Part shown: piece after piece, positions 51,710-63,335 of the stretch | How positions within the stretch are numbered: position 1 is the first letter of the stretch | How the letters are laid out: each line of letters starts with the position of its first letter | NCBI GenBank assembly: GCA_013239625.1 | Contig: MU053379.1 | Span: forward strand, 3,082,866 to 3,146,865 | Reading direction: 5' to 3' | Source: Lama guanicoe | Lineage: Eukaryota | DNA length: 64,000 bases | Position numbers and translations under genes: made by a program | The notes under the pieces: model-generated | Database searches by the model: none | What the model was told of the DNA's origin: nothing | The model's input: only the letters and a program-made list of their open reading frames with translations

Positions 51710-53749
51710 ATCTCTCCACCATGGGGGTCCGTCCTGCATCTTGGTCTGAGCCTCCTCTGGCTCCCTCCCCATTTTCTCCAATTAATATCCTAGAAACCTA
51801 ATCTCATGCACCCACCATTCTTTGAAGTTAAAGGACTCTTACTTAATCAATAAAAATGCCTGTGTCCCTGTGAAAGCCCCAGATGCCCTCAGAGAAACTG
51901 GCTGGGCCGTTTGGTTGTCAGAAGCTGGCACAGGGGAGTCCTTTCCAAAGCCTCTGGGAAAAGTCTTGGATTTGCAAAGTATGTGAACAGAGAAAACTCT
52001 CAGGACCCTTAGGCTGTAGGTGGTGAAGTCTAGCTGATCAACCGCCGGGGGAAGGAGGGGTGCTGTTTCATCGCTGACTTGTTTTTCTGTGGAGGAGGGG
52101 TTACCTGGAGCCACCTGTCCTCTTCCGTCTGGCCCCTCTCGTGTCCAGGACAGGCATTTACAAGAAAGCTCACCTGGGTTGGGCCCCAGATATGCGAGAG
52201 GAGGGGGCAGAATGACCTCAGGACAAGGAGAGACAGAGAGGCCGTGGGGGTGCAGGCGAAGGCGGACTGAGGGCAGGCGAGTGCGTGAGGCGACCTGACC
52301 AGACAGCAGTGAGGGTGGGGGGCCCAGGAGAAGGCCTGGGAGAGACCGGTGCCTGGAAGGGGAATGTGAGGGCGGGGGAGGCTGCTGAGGGACCTGGGCA
52401 GGGCAGGGAGTGACTGGGTTTGAATGTTGGAAAGATGCCTGGACAACAGGGTGGAGGGGCCGACCTGCAGAAGACCCGGCGCCTGGAGGGAGAGGTCCAC
52501 GCTGGGGCTCAGACAGGGCGGCGGGGTGGCAGCGGGGCACGGGGAGACAGGCAGATGGACGCCCAGAGCCCGGAAGTAGTTACAGCAACAGAAGCGGGTG
52601 GTGGCTTGGGTCTGGGGATGACTCCCGGCTCTGAGCCACGGCAGACGAAGCCCATCAAAGAAAGCAGGCCTCGGGGAGGATGACCACGAACTCCGCTGTG
52701 GTCGTTCTGAGTCCGAGGCGCCTGAGAACGTCCCGGTGGAGGGTCCAGGGCACGGCTGGTTACCTGAGTGTGGAGCTGCAAGTAGGGGCCGGACGAGATG
52801 CTGCCTTGGCTGCTGCGAGGACGGCACCTCCAGCTGAAGTCGGGGGCGAGATTTCCCAAGCGTGGTCTCTGGGTGGCAGCAGCATCTGGGAACTTGCTAG
52901 AAACACAGAAACTGCCTTCCTGGACCTACCGAGTCAGAACCAGGGGGCGAGGCCGGCGGTCCATGCTTTAACACGCCCTCCAGGGGCCTTCGATGCGCAG
53001 GACGGAACTCTGCTGCACCCCAGAATCACTCGGGGAGCGCTTACCCTCAGTACCCGTCCTGTGCCGCTACACCAGAACCTCGGGCCAGGATCCAGGCAGG
53101 GTGACCAACTCGTCCCAGTCTGCCCGAGACTGTCTAGGACTTTCCTGGTTTCCACACAGTAAGTCTTGTATCCCTGACACCCGTCAGACCCGGACACCCT
53201 GGATCCAGCCCTCAGACGCTTTCACCACCTCCCCACCGAGTTCCTCCTGTGCAGCCAAGTCTGAGGACCAGTGGCCCTGCCCCAAGGAGCTGTGGGTGTA
53301 GATCCCCGCTGGGTCCCCAAGGCGGCCACTGTGAGGTCGTGCTTGTTCCCGAACCTGACAGGGGCCTGTCGACCGTCTTAATAAAAGTGGGGAAGGACCC
53401 AGGAGTTCATCCTGGCTGAACGCGAGCATCACCTGGGAAGCTTTTGAAAGTTCTGAGTTCCCCAGACTCCTTCAGAGATTGTGGTCCACCTGGCCGGGGG
53501 CTGGTAGTTAATAAAAGCCCCCAGGAAAGTGTAACTGTAGACAGGGTGGGACCGTCAGGCCTGGGGGCAGAATCTGACGGGAAGAAACAGTCTACCAGAT
53601 GGAGGCCAGGTGGAGACGGACAGGCCTTGCAAATAGGGGTGAAGAGGGGGCTGGAGACGCAAGAGGAAACCAGGGGCATGGGGTGGGGGGTCTTGGCAGC
53701 CGAGAGGAGGTGCTCCTGCAGGGCAAGAACAGAGAGACACTGAATAAAC

Positions 53750-54180
53750 ACACCACGGCTTCTTCACCCATCCCCTGTCCATGGACACTTAGGTTGCTTC
53801 CACGTCTTGGCTGTTGTAAATGGTGCTGCTGTGAACATGGGGCTGCATGGATGTTTTTGAATGAGAGTTGCCTCGGGATACATGCCCAGGAGCGGGATTG
53901 CTGGGTCATAGGGTGAGTCTATTTTTAGTCTTTTGAGGGATCTCCATACTGTTTTCCTTCACGGCTGTACTAAACTACATTCCCACCAACAGTGCAGGAG
54001 GGCTCCCTTTCCTCCACCAGGGAGCTCTATCCACTATCTTGTAGTAACTTGCGGGGAAGAAGAATATGACAATGAATGCATCTATGTCCATGCACGATGA
54101 AGCCCTGTGCTGTGCACCAGAGATTACCAGAACGCTGTAAACGGATCACACTTCAATAAAAAATACATGTATACAAAAAA
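53750..54180 (+). mobile_element. L1 fragment with 5' inversion abutting the CpG island
   Basis: ~53750-54017 is the antisense ORF2 end (…CCCAGGAGCGGGATTGCTGGGTCATA…); ~54017-54180 is the sense tail with TTCAATAAAAAA. Confidence 0.85.
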
Positions 54181-54184
54181 CAAT

Positions 54185-55600
54185 GATGAGGCAAGAGGGC
54201 CACTGGGCCGAGCGCGCGGCGAGGGGCCGGGGGAGGACGGGAGGGCCGAGGCGCGGCGAGCACAGGGGAAGCAGGGGCGAGGCGGGAAGAGGGGCGCGGC
54301 CGCCGCCGCGGGGGCAGCTGGAGGAAGCGGTGAGCTGCTTCCCCTTGTCTTCCCCTCTGTGCTCTCCTGTCTTTGCCCGTGGTCATGCCTGTCTTTTACT
54401 TTGGGGGAAGAAAAAAGGCCAACATGGTCCTCTTGATACGCTCCGGGCATTTAAGTAGTGGTGAAGCCCCTTCCTTCGGTCACTTCACTCCCTCTGCCTG
54501 AGAGCAGAGGACGCGGTACGAATCCCGGCCGCTGGGCTCCCAGGACGGGCGCGAGGTCACACGCGGCGCCCAGCCTGAGCCGGCGCGGAGCCTGCCCGGC
54601 TCCGGCCCCCGCACAGCCCGCCGCTGCCCGGCCGAGCTGCGAGCGTGGGGCGCAGGACCGGCCACCGCGGAGGCCACGCTCACCTCAGAACCTCGTGGTG
54701 GCCTCTCGGTCGTCTCAGGAGTCGGGAAGGATCCCGCTCCTGTGGCCGGGTTGGGCGGGATCCAGCTCCACGAGCAACCACATCCGGGGGACGCGGAAAA
54801 CTAGGGGCAGCGGATGCAGAACCAGGCGTCTGTCTTACGGTCTGATTTCTGATCATTTCAGAGCCCGCGATTTGGTTCAGCCCCACCCCTTGTTTATCCC
54901 CCACCACTTAGGTTTACGCATGGTATTTATTCACCAGAAAATATCAGAAGCTCTCTATTTATTGCAAACATTTCCTGCGGTTTTCTCTTTCTTCGCACAG
55001 CAAATGCACAGCTCTCCCTTTGTCTCAGAACGTACCGCAGCGGGCGCAGGGATCTGACCGGAACGCACGAGCTGCGTGACAGTTACCGGGCGTTGCACGT
55101 GTCTTTCTTCTCCGCGCCCTTCTTCCCTGCCCTCACCCTTCCTGACTTTCCTCTTCGTTATGTACGTAGCGGTGAGAGGTGATGAGAAGAGAGTAAATTT
55201 CAGATTAAAAGGGGAGGACAAGAACCACTAAGCTCAGAAGGACTTTGCAAACTCCTTATGTGCGCGGCCGCTGAAAGAGCGTTTGGTTCTGTCTTTTACT
55301 TTGGGGGAAGAAAAAGCCCTGAGGGGGCTTTCCAAACGCACGTCGACGGCTCCTGCCTCCCTGTGTGGCTCCCGTCGCCGCAGCGGCCCCGCTGGTGAGA
55401 AATCGCCGCGTCCCGGGCACCTGCCGTCTGTCTCCCAGAGACACTTTCCTGTTGCACACTTATCTGCATGCATGAAGGCCCCGCGACAGCCCCCTAACTG
55501 CCGCGGCGCCCGACAGAGTGATTAGCAGGCGCCTCATCACGGCGGCTGCGAATCCGCCACATTTACCTGCTTAGCTCACACTGTGATTACCGGGCACCTC
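54185..55600. promoter_or_regulatory. CpG island, probable promoter / non-coding first exon of an unidentified transcript
   Basis: Dense CpG/GC (e.g. 54200-54330, 54510-54800, 55030-55120, 55260-55560), GC boxes, E-box CACGTG near 55096. Consensus-like splice donors on + (GCG|GTGAGC, GT at 54330) and on - (GAG|GTGAGC at 54678-54686; CAG|GTAAAT at 55561-55569). Confidence 0.7.
54389..55315 (+). repeat. Exact 27-bp direct repeat, two copies
   Basis: CTGTCTTTTACTTTGGGGGAAGAAAAA at 54389-54415 and 55289-55315. Confidence 0.95.
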
Positions 55601-55852
55601 ACCCCCGACAAGTGCAGGTGCTAATTATCCAGACGAGACTGCGGCTGCTCAGAGTCGCCTGGCTGCTTTCGGCTTCTTGACTGTTATTTCGCTTCAGGGC
55701 ATAGTCAGCACGACTGACTTGCGTTTGATGAGTTGGTTTATCAAGGGCTTCCCTTGACTGCGTGGGAGATAGAGTGGAGTAACCCCTCAGGTACATGAAT
55801 TTTAGAAATAAAATACCAGCTCCTGGAGCTCCTGGAAGCGTAGAGACACGGC

Positions 55853-55872
55853 CGACCAGCAGGTGGCAGTGT
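55853..55872 (+). promoter_or_regulatory. CTCF-like motif
   Basis: CGACCAGCAGGTGGCAGTGT matches the CCASYAGRKGGCRS core. Confidence 0.6.
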
Positions 55873-56779
55873 GGACCAGAGGATAGAAGTGTCTTCCCCC
55901 AGCTCGGGCTTTTGGGGTAAGACCCTGCCGGTTTACTTGCTACTCCTGAAGAGCTTTTGCATTAAAAGGCCTCCCAGCCCTCTGGGCAGAAGGGCTCTGA
56001 TGAGGCGCTCCAGAGAGTCACCTTTACACGAGGCTGTCGGTCTGGCAATGACCACCCAGCCGAGGAGCTCGGGGGAGATGCTCTGCTCAGAAAGCCTGGG
56101 GTTCCCGGGCAGTCTCCCCGAGATTCCTTAAGGTCGCTGGACTCGGGTCGCTCATTCTGGGCTCTGCTTGCACTCCCTTCCCGACAGCCTTGCTGTCCTT
56201 GGTTTCAACCCAAAGACTTTTGGCAACTTTATTGCAACCGGATGAGAGGAAAAATCTTCAATTTAAGGACAGTTTACGTAATTAAAAAAAATTGTTCCTA
56301 AATCTTGGTTCCCAGGGTGATTAAAATGAAAACAGGTCATATTGTTTTTTAAAATATCCATCTTTAACTCCCGGTTCTTGGCAAAACAGCGGACTTTTGT
56401 AAGTAAAGGAGTGCTGAGTCCTTCGGGGAGCCCGTGGCAAGGAGCCCTGCTGAAACAAACAACGGAGGAAGCGCAGTGTGGCGGCAACGGAGGTGAAGCG
56501 CGAAGAGGGCACGTCTGTGTGCCCGTCGGTGTGCAGCGGTGTCTGTCAGCTCCGACCCACTCTGCTTATTCACCTGGAGTAACACGCGAGGATAGAGCCT
56601 TCCTGTCCTTCTTCCTTACGTGAATTTTCTGTTTCTGTTTCCCATTAAGCTGCTGAAAAAATAGGATTTATCCGGCATCCTGTAACTGCTACAGGTTCTA
56701 GATTCACTTGTTAAGCTCCTTTAATTCGGGATCTCGAGTCCCAGGGCAGCGCTTGCCCTTGCAAGGCGTGTTTCCACCC

Positions 56780-57614
56780 GCCTCAGCGTTCTCCGGGGAA
56801 GCAGAGTAGCAGGATGAGGAGGGAGATCGGGCGATTTTAGGAAACTGGCTCCCACGGCTGTGAGACGCTTGGGGAGTCCGAACTCTGCAGGGAAGGCCGG
56901 GGAAGAGCTGCAGTTTCAGCCCAGAGGTGGTCTGCGGAGGAATTCCCACTCTTCCAAGGAGGTGAGTCTTTTTTCTCACTGCATATTTTATTTTATGTTT
57001 TATTGAAGTGTAGTTGATTTACAGTATCAGTTCCAGGTGTTCAGCAAAGTGATTCAGGTATACATACACATACATACATACGTATTTTTTCAGATTCTTT
57101 TCCATTATATGTTATTACAAGAAATTGAATACAGTTCCCTGTGCTGTACAGCAGGCCCTTGTAGCTTATCTATTTTATATACAATAGTCCGTATCTGTTA
57201 ATCCCAAACTCCTAATTTATCCCTTCCCCAACTTTCCCCTTGATAAACATAGTTTGTTTTCTATGCCTGTGAGTCTATTTCTGGTTTGTAAATAAAATTT
57301 GTGTCATTTTTTTAGATTCCACTTAGAAGTGATATCATACGATATTTGTCTCTGTCTGACTTACTTCACTTCTATGATCATCTCTAGGTCCATCCACATT
57401 GCTGCAAATGACATTATTTCATTCTTTTTTGTGGCCGAGTAGCGGTGAGTCTTTTAAGACAGCTGACTGGACGGTGCAGTCTGCTCGACTCACAGCTCAC
57501 TGATTTAAATGTCCATCTCACCCAAAAGACAGCTCAGAAATATTCAGAAAAATGTCTGACCAAGTATCTGGATACCACAGCCTGGCCAAGTTGACGCACA
57601 AAATGAACCATCAC
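56780..57614 (-). mobile_element. MLT2-like ERVL LTR (interrupted by L1)
   Basis: AGGAAACTGGCTCCCACGGCTGTG… and terminus GCCAAGTTGACGCACAAAATGAACCATCACA, typical of MLT2. Confidence 0.75.
56973..57443 (-). mobile_element. L1 3' end with 12-bp TSD, nested in an MLT2-like LTR
   Basis: GGTGAGTCTTTT at 56961-56972 and 57444-57455, with antisense L1 3' UTR between. Confidence 0.9.
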
Positions 57615-58109
57615 AACGCCTAATTTTTTCCCCCTAAAAGGGCTTCCTGAATGCACAGACGAAACTCGGGGCAGGTCAGCACTTTCCATGAGCCCTCACA
57701 TCCAGGCAGAGAACTTTGCACAAAACAGCAGGCGGAGAGCCCAGGGCGCCGGGCTGCGGGCCGAGCTCTGTCTACACCGACCACTGGTGTGGCTTTGGGG
57801 AGTACGAGGCCCTCCGGCCCTGGTTTCCTCCTCCAGTAAAATCTCCAGACAGCCAGAGGCCCCTGCAGAGGATCGCGGCCACTGACAGCCACGGGAAGGC
57901 TAGTCGGGCCGCAAGCTCCTAGCGCAGCCCCGGGGGACGCGGGGAGGTGGGAGAGCCGGGGTCTGGGAACCGGGTGGAGCTCTCCATCCTCGGGTGGGAG
58001 CAGAGCCCAGAGTCCAGGCTGGAACTTGGGAATGTGCTGCCGTGGACTGAGGACCTGGTAAACGGCTTCCCCAGCGGCCCTGCTGTCCCCTCCCTGTGCT
58101 CCTGTCCCT

Positions 58110-58385
58110 CTCAAGGTGGTTCACTGCTCCTCCCTTCAAAATGTGGAGTCTGTTTTCCTGCCCTTGGATCTGACGGGACTTGCGACTTGCTTTGGTCAAC
58201 AGAATGCAGCATAACCGAGGTCTCAAGAGGTCTTGCCCCTCCTGGGACCCCATCCGACCTCCACAGGAAAGCCTGGAGTAGCCGCTGAAGGCAACGGACG
58301 TGTGGCCCAGATACCCCCACTGCTCTGCTCACCACCAGGTTAGGGATGACTTGTTGGACAGCAGAAGCACGCAGTAGCTGACCTA
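58110..58385 (+). mobile_element. MaLR LTR fragment (MLT1)
   Basis: CTCCTCCCTTCAAAATGTGGAGTCTGTTTTCC…GACTTGCTTTGGTCAACAGAATGCAGC. Confidence 0.65.
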
Positions 58386-61300
58386 CAGCTCTGGCGAGAG
58401 GTTTCCTGACCTAGAACCCTGCTGATGGGAGCTACCCCAGTGCACGGATGGATGTACAGTCCACTCCGTACCACCAGCTACTGCTAAACTTTAACTGGTG
58501 CCCGTACATCCATTTGCAAGTGAAGGAAATTAATATATTTCCTCACCCTTAGCGGTGTCTTTAACTTGCTGGCTCCTCGCAGGATCCGAGGTTTTGTAAC
58601 ACAAGGCTGTAATTCTGTTTCTGTGCTCAAGTGACCTTCAGATCATCGCCTCCTCTTGGGAAGTGCACATTTCTTGGAAATTTCTAGTAGACAATTCCTT
58701 ATTAATGCCACTTGTCAGAAGCCCTGTCTCTGGCTTCTTAAATAAATCTACTCATTGCATCCCCAGCCCAGAGCGTTCAGCCCTGCTCCTGTCCCAGACC
58801 AGACCCTCTGGGAGGCAGGTCTTAATAACCTGCGTTTTGTGTTAAGTCTCCCCTCCCCCTTTTGAACCCTGGTCCCCAGAGCCCCTTCGATATCAGTGAG
58901 ACTCAGGAACAAGGATTCCTATGTGAAAGGGTCAGGATAGCAGTTGGCCCCACACAAATCTCCTTTTTTGCCACCAATCCAGCCATTGGACAGGCCTGAA
59001 TTCCAGCTTCACACCCACATCCTTCCAGGGCTGGGGTCCAGTCCTGCCTGGAGTCCTGACACTGAACTCCGCCTTCCGGGGGGCACCTCAGTCCCTCCTC
59101 CCTGGTTTGTCAATGAGTAACGTTCAGGATATGAGATTCTTTATCCACCGAGGGGCCATAGATGGGGCTGGACAGGTGGAGAAGCGCTCATTCAGATCAC
59201 CTGAGAAGGCCCCCGCCGCCCAGGGCACTTGATTTCCTCTTGGTCACAAGGGCAGGTGGGCGGGCGTGCCACGCTGAACCGGCTCCACCACTAGGAAGAT
59301 GTGCGACGCCTCAGCATTTCCGCCAGAGCAGCGCCAGGATGCACAGAGCACTTTTCACACGGCATTATTTGAATTTTGTGATGGTCCTGTAAGGTACACA
59401 GGATGGTGGTCAAAACTCCCATCGCACAGACGGGGAGGCTGGGACTTGAGACTGCCTGGCTTGGGCATGACAGATCTGGACACTGGACTCGGCTCTCCTG
59501 ACTCCAAACCCAAACTCCAGTGGATTCCGCTCAGATGTCCCAGGGGTGACCCTGCAGATCCACGTGGCCTGTTTGCCCAGGTGAACTGCCAGCCAGGACC
59601 AGGCGGGTCGGAGTTTTTTGTTTAAATACCCCAAACTTTCAATGCATTAGTCTCACTACTTACTCTAGACATATTGAAACATTTCACATGAGAACGTACA
59701 TTGATCATTTTTTAAACATATGACACCTTGACGGCTCGAGCCCCCTGCTCCTGCAGGGGTGATAGTCTTAGGTTCGTGGCTGGTGTGTTCAGTGGCCTCT
59801 CAGCCTCGGGGGGATGGATGCGCTGGGGAGGAGAAGCCCCCAGTCACTACGGGGCGGGGCCCCCGCCCCCTCCCTGCCTCCCTGCTGCAGCCCCCACTCC
59901 TGCAGGTCTCCGGCTCTGACACCACCTGGCTCCCCTCCTTCTCTCCAGGGAAGTCATTCCTTTTTGATGCAAGTGACCTAAACACGTGTATCCTTGTTGG
60001 GGACCAGGACCTGTCCTTTTCATGGTGAAGATAAAGCGTGGATTCGAAGGATGATGTGGACACTTTAAACAATCAGCTTCAGAAAGCAGCTCAAATTCAC
60101 AGAAACAGATCCACAGACCTTCGGGGGGAAGCTGTTGATAGCTGTGTTTTTCTATTTGGTAAATACATACGTATATACTTTGCTTCAATTAAAAGTTTAT
60201 TTTTAGTGGCTAGTTTCTCTTCCGTGATGTGACATGATTTTGGTATTGAGGATTGCTTCTTTGAACACTATTAGGTGGGTTTAAAATACTTCTTCATGTG
60301 CTGAGTTAGGATGTTAGCGTTCCCATTTCCCTGGGAACGCCCGTGTGCCCTTTGAAACATCCACGTGGTCACGTGAGGTCTGTGAGCTCTGATGTGGTTG
60401 AACGCTGGGAGAGAACACAAATTTGCAGGAGGAGAATGAGGGCCACCTTTTAAGGTCCACTGCTTCGTAGGTGGTGTCACTTGGTTCGAATAATACGAGA
60501 GTGTTAGCATACATAGCCGAGCAGGGCCTTAGAACGGAGTGTCCTATTCTTATTTATCTAAGACTTTCATCTCCTGACTTGGATGGAAGCCAGAATGAGG
60601 GTCCGGGTGGCCGGGGGATGGGACCAGGTAGTCCCTGCGTTGAAGGGTAGAGACAGACCCAGGATCCCCAGTGACAGGAAGCCCGTCTGGCTGATAAAAT
60701 AGAATGCTAGGCAACCAGGGTCACCCAGGCAACCAGTGGGGTTGGGGGACAGCCACCAAGGGGTGACCGTGGGCCCAGATGAAGGACTGATGTGCGCACA
60801 GAGGCAGGCCACGCAGGCAGGCATGATGCAGACACGGGGGCAGGGGTCGGCCCTGGGGACGTCTGCCAGCTGCAGAGATGGGCGTCGGCCAACGAGAGGA
60901 GCAAGAGTGAGACCCCATTCCCGGAACCTGAAAGTCACCAAGAAGGAGGCAGACAGGTGAGGGCGCAAGACATGAGACAGAATCTGGAGCAGCTTCAGGG
61001 ATGCAGAGCTGTGGACTTGAACCGTTTTCTCAGGGCTTCTTAAGTTTGCACCCTAGGAAGGCCGCCCGCGTGGTCCTGCGTGTGAGCACAGCAGAGCGGG
61101 GGCTGGGGGAGCAGGCGGGGCACTTCCGTGCTGGGGCTCCCGGCAGGACATTGCTGGATCTGAAAGTACCAAGTGGCTCTTGCTCCCCAGCTGCTGTGCG
61201 CACAGCATGTGTGTGTGTGTGTGAGCGTGTAAACGTGTGACAGGGCGGCTTGGACGTCCCTCCCAGGTGGCCAGAGCAGTAACCCCACGTGTGACGTCCA

Positions 61301-63191
61301 TCAGTGGCCCGTGCTCATCAGAGGGCCTGGGGCCCACTTTCATTTTCTCAGAAGGAAGTGGCCTGGCGCTTCGTTTCTACCTGCCAGGTGGCAGCCTGAT
61401 GGGTGAGTCTGACAGAACAACTTCTTCATCCTGAACAGGATGCTCTGGAGAGGGGAACCAGTAGAGGCCTGTGTTTGTTTCCATCCTCCTGGTGCCTGAG
61501 TTTTCAGGGCCTGGGAAGAGGGAGGGGCCCCACCTTTCAGGAGAGGGAGCTGCACCGGGGAAGCAGATCGGGCCGTGGCCGTTGGAGGGGTCGGGCTGGA
61601 AAGCGAGCCAGAGGTTTGAGTGACCGCAGCCTCAGGAGGCGGCTTCCGCATCCTACCAAGAGGGGACGCCCACAGAGGGTCTCAGAGGTGCTCCCTGCCT
61701 CCCACCCTGAGGTCTCCTGCCCGGACCGTCCAGCAGCGGGGAACAGCCTTCAGCAGCCGGGTGACTTTAGCTGGACACAGAGCTCAGAGGGTCCTTCCCG
61801 ATGAATGGGGCCCTCAGTGGCTCTGATGCAGAACCATCCCCTTTTTCTGTCTCTCTTTAGCTCCCCGTACATAAACATCCGAGGGTGAGAAGCACTTAGC
61901 CACAGTGAAAGGCCTGAAGGACGAATGCATCCTGCATCTCCCCGCGAAGGGGCAGCGCAGAGGCTCGGGGCGTCTCTGTGCAGAGCGTCCCTCGGGCTCT
62001 GGCTCACGGTTCTCCCTCTGCCGCCCCCTCTGAAGCAATGAAGTCATGTGCGAAGCCTCCGGGTCTCCTCTCGGATCAACCCGCGTGCATTTGTTTTGTA
62101 TCAGTGTCGTAAAGAAATAGGTGAAAACAGCCGATGGAATGGAATGGCTTCCATACAATTTTTCAAACCTGATTTTTCCCAGGGTATTAAGTAGCCTGCC
62201 AATTACCAAGCTGCTTATTTCCTTATTTGGAATCATTTCTGTTGTGATTATGTGTTTGCGTACTTTCTGGGGTTAGGATATCTGGCAAAAAAAAAAAAAA
62301 GAGAGAGAGAGAGAAAAGCCGACTTTGTTATCTGGTCAGTGTTTGGTCCTCAGGACAAAATAAGAGATTCAGTCATTTCAAATATCCCTCGTTTGTGTAC
62401 TGCCTCACTACTTAAAGTGTGATCCTCAGACCAGCAGTTTCAACATCCCCGTGATCTTGTTAGAAGGGCAGGATTTGGAGCAGATCCCCCTACCTGTCCT
62501 GAGTCAGGATCTGCACTCGGATGAGCGTTCCGGAGGATTCCACCGTGCACTGAAGCTGGAGGAACACTGGCCGATAGGCTTTGTCCGATAGGCGGGTTTC
62601 TTTGTCACAGATCGACTTTGCTTAGCGATCATGGCCGCACAGATCTGTGAGTCTCAACTTGCCTCATATCCTTGCCTCTCTCTCTCCACAGATGGATGGA
62701 TGGATAGGCAGATGTAGGTATAGCTGTGTAGATACATTTTCGTGCTTCTTAATGCAACCATTCTGCTCAGCTCCACATCTTGTGCAAAAATACATAAAAA
62801 TAAGCAGGAAAACCCGTGCTTTCTAACTTTGGCAACAATCAGTCAGCAAGTTTTATTGAGCACCTATTGTGTGTCAGGCACTGTCCTTGGGGCTGAGGAC
62901 ACATCAGTGGCTGAGACAAAGGCCTGCTGTCATGGAACTTAAGTTCCAGAAGATACAGACATTCAAACAAGCAAGTTACGAGGTCTAACACGGCCTCGGA
63001 TAGGAACCAAGACAAAACAGCCTGTAGAAATCAGACAAAGCGAGCCCTCGGGGAGGCTAAAGGAGGTGTCCGGGGGGACCTTCCCCAGCTGTCCACAGAG
63101 CCACCTGTCAGGTGAAGTAAGAGTACTGGACCAAGAAGCAAAGAATGAACTAAGAAACCGCAGAATTTTCAGCTTGCTCTGAGAGTTTTTA

Positions 63192-63335
63192 TTTGTTTTT
63201 TTAAAAAATTTTTTGTGTGGGGTGGTAATTAGGTTTATTTATTTATTTGTTTGTTTTAATGGAGGCAGTGGGGATTGAATCCAGGACCTCGTGCACTTTA
63301 GGCACATGCTCTACCACCGAGCTACGCCCTTCTCC
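63192..63335 (-). mobile_element. tRNA-derived SINE (camelid-like) with 13-bp TSD
   Basis: Reverse-complement SINE; CTGAGAGTTTTTA at 63179-63191 and 63336-63348. Confidence 0.92.

Noticed and set aside
54389..55315. CRISPR-like or periodic array interpretation of the 27-bp repeat
   Set aside because: Only two copies, none at +/-900 bp beyond them, mammalian context and no cas-like genes.
60038..60232. Protein-looking ORF (DDVDTLNNQLQKAAQIHRNRSTDLRGEAVD)
   Set aside because: GTG start, no convincing splice sites, no recognised homology, and it runs into an old L1-tail-like sequence. A tBLASTn search would settle it.
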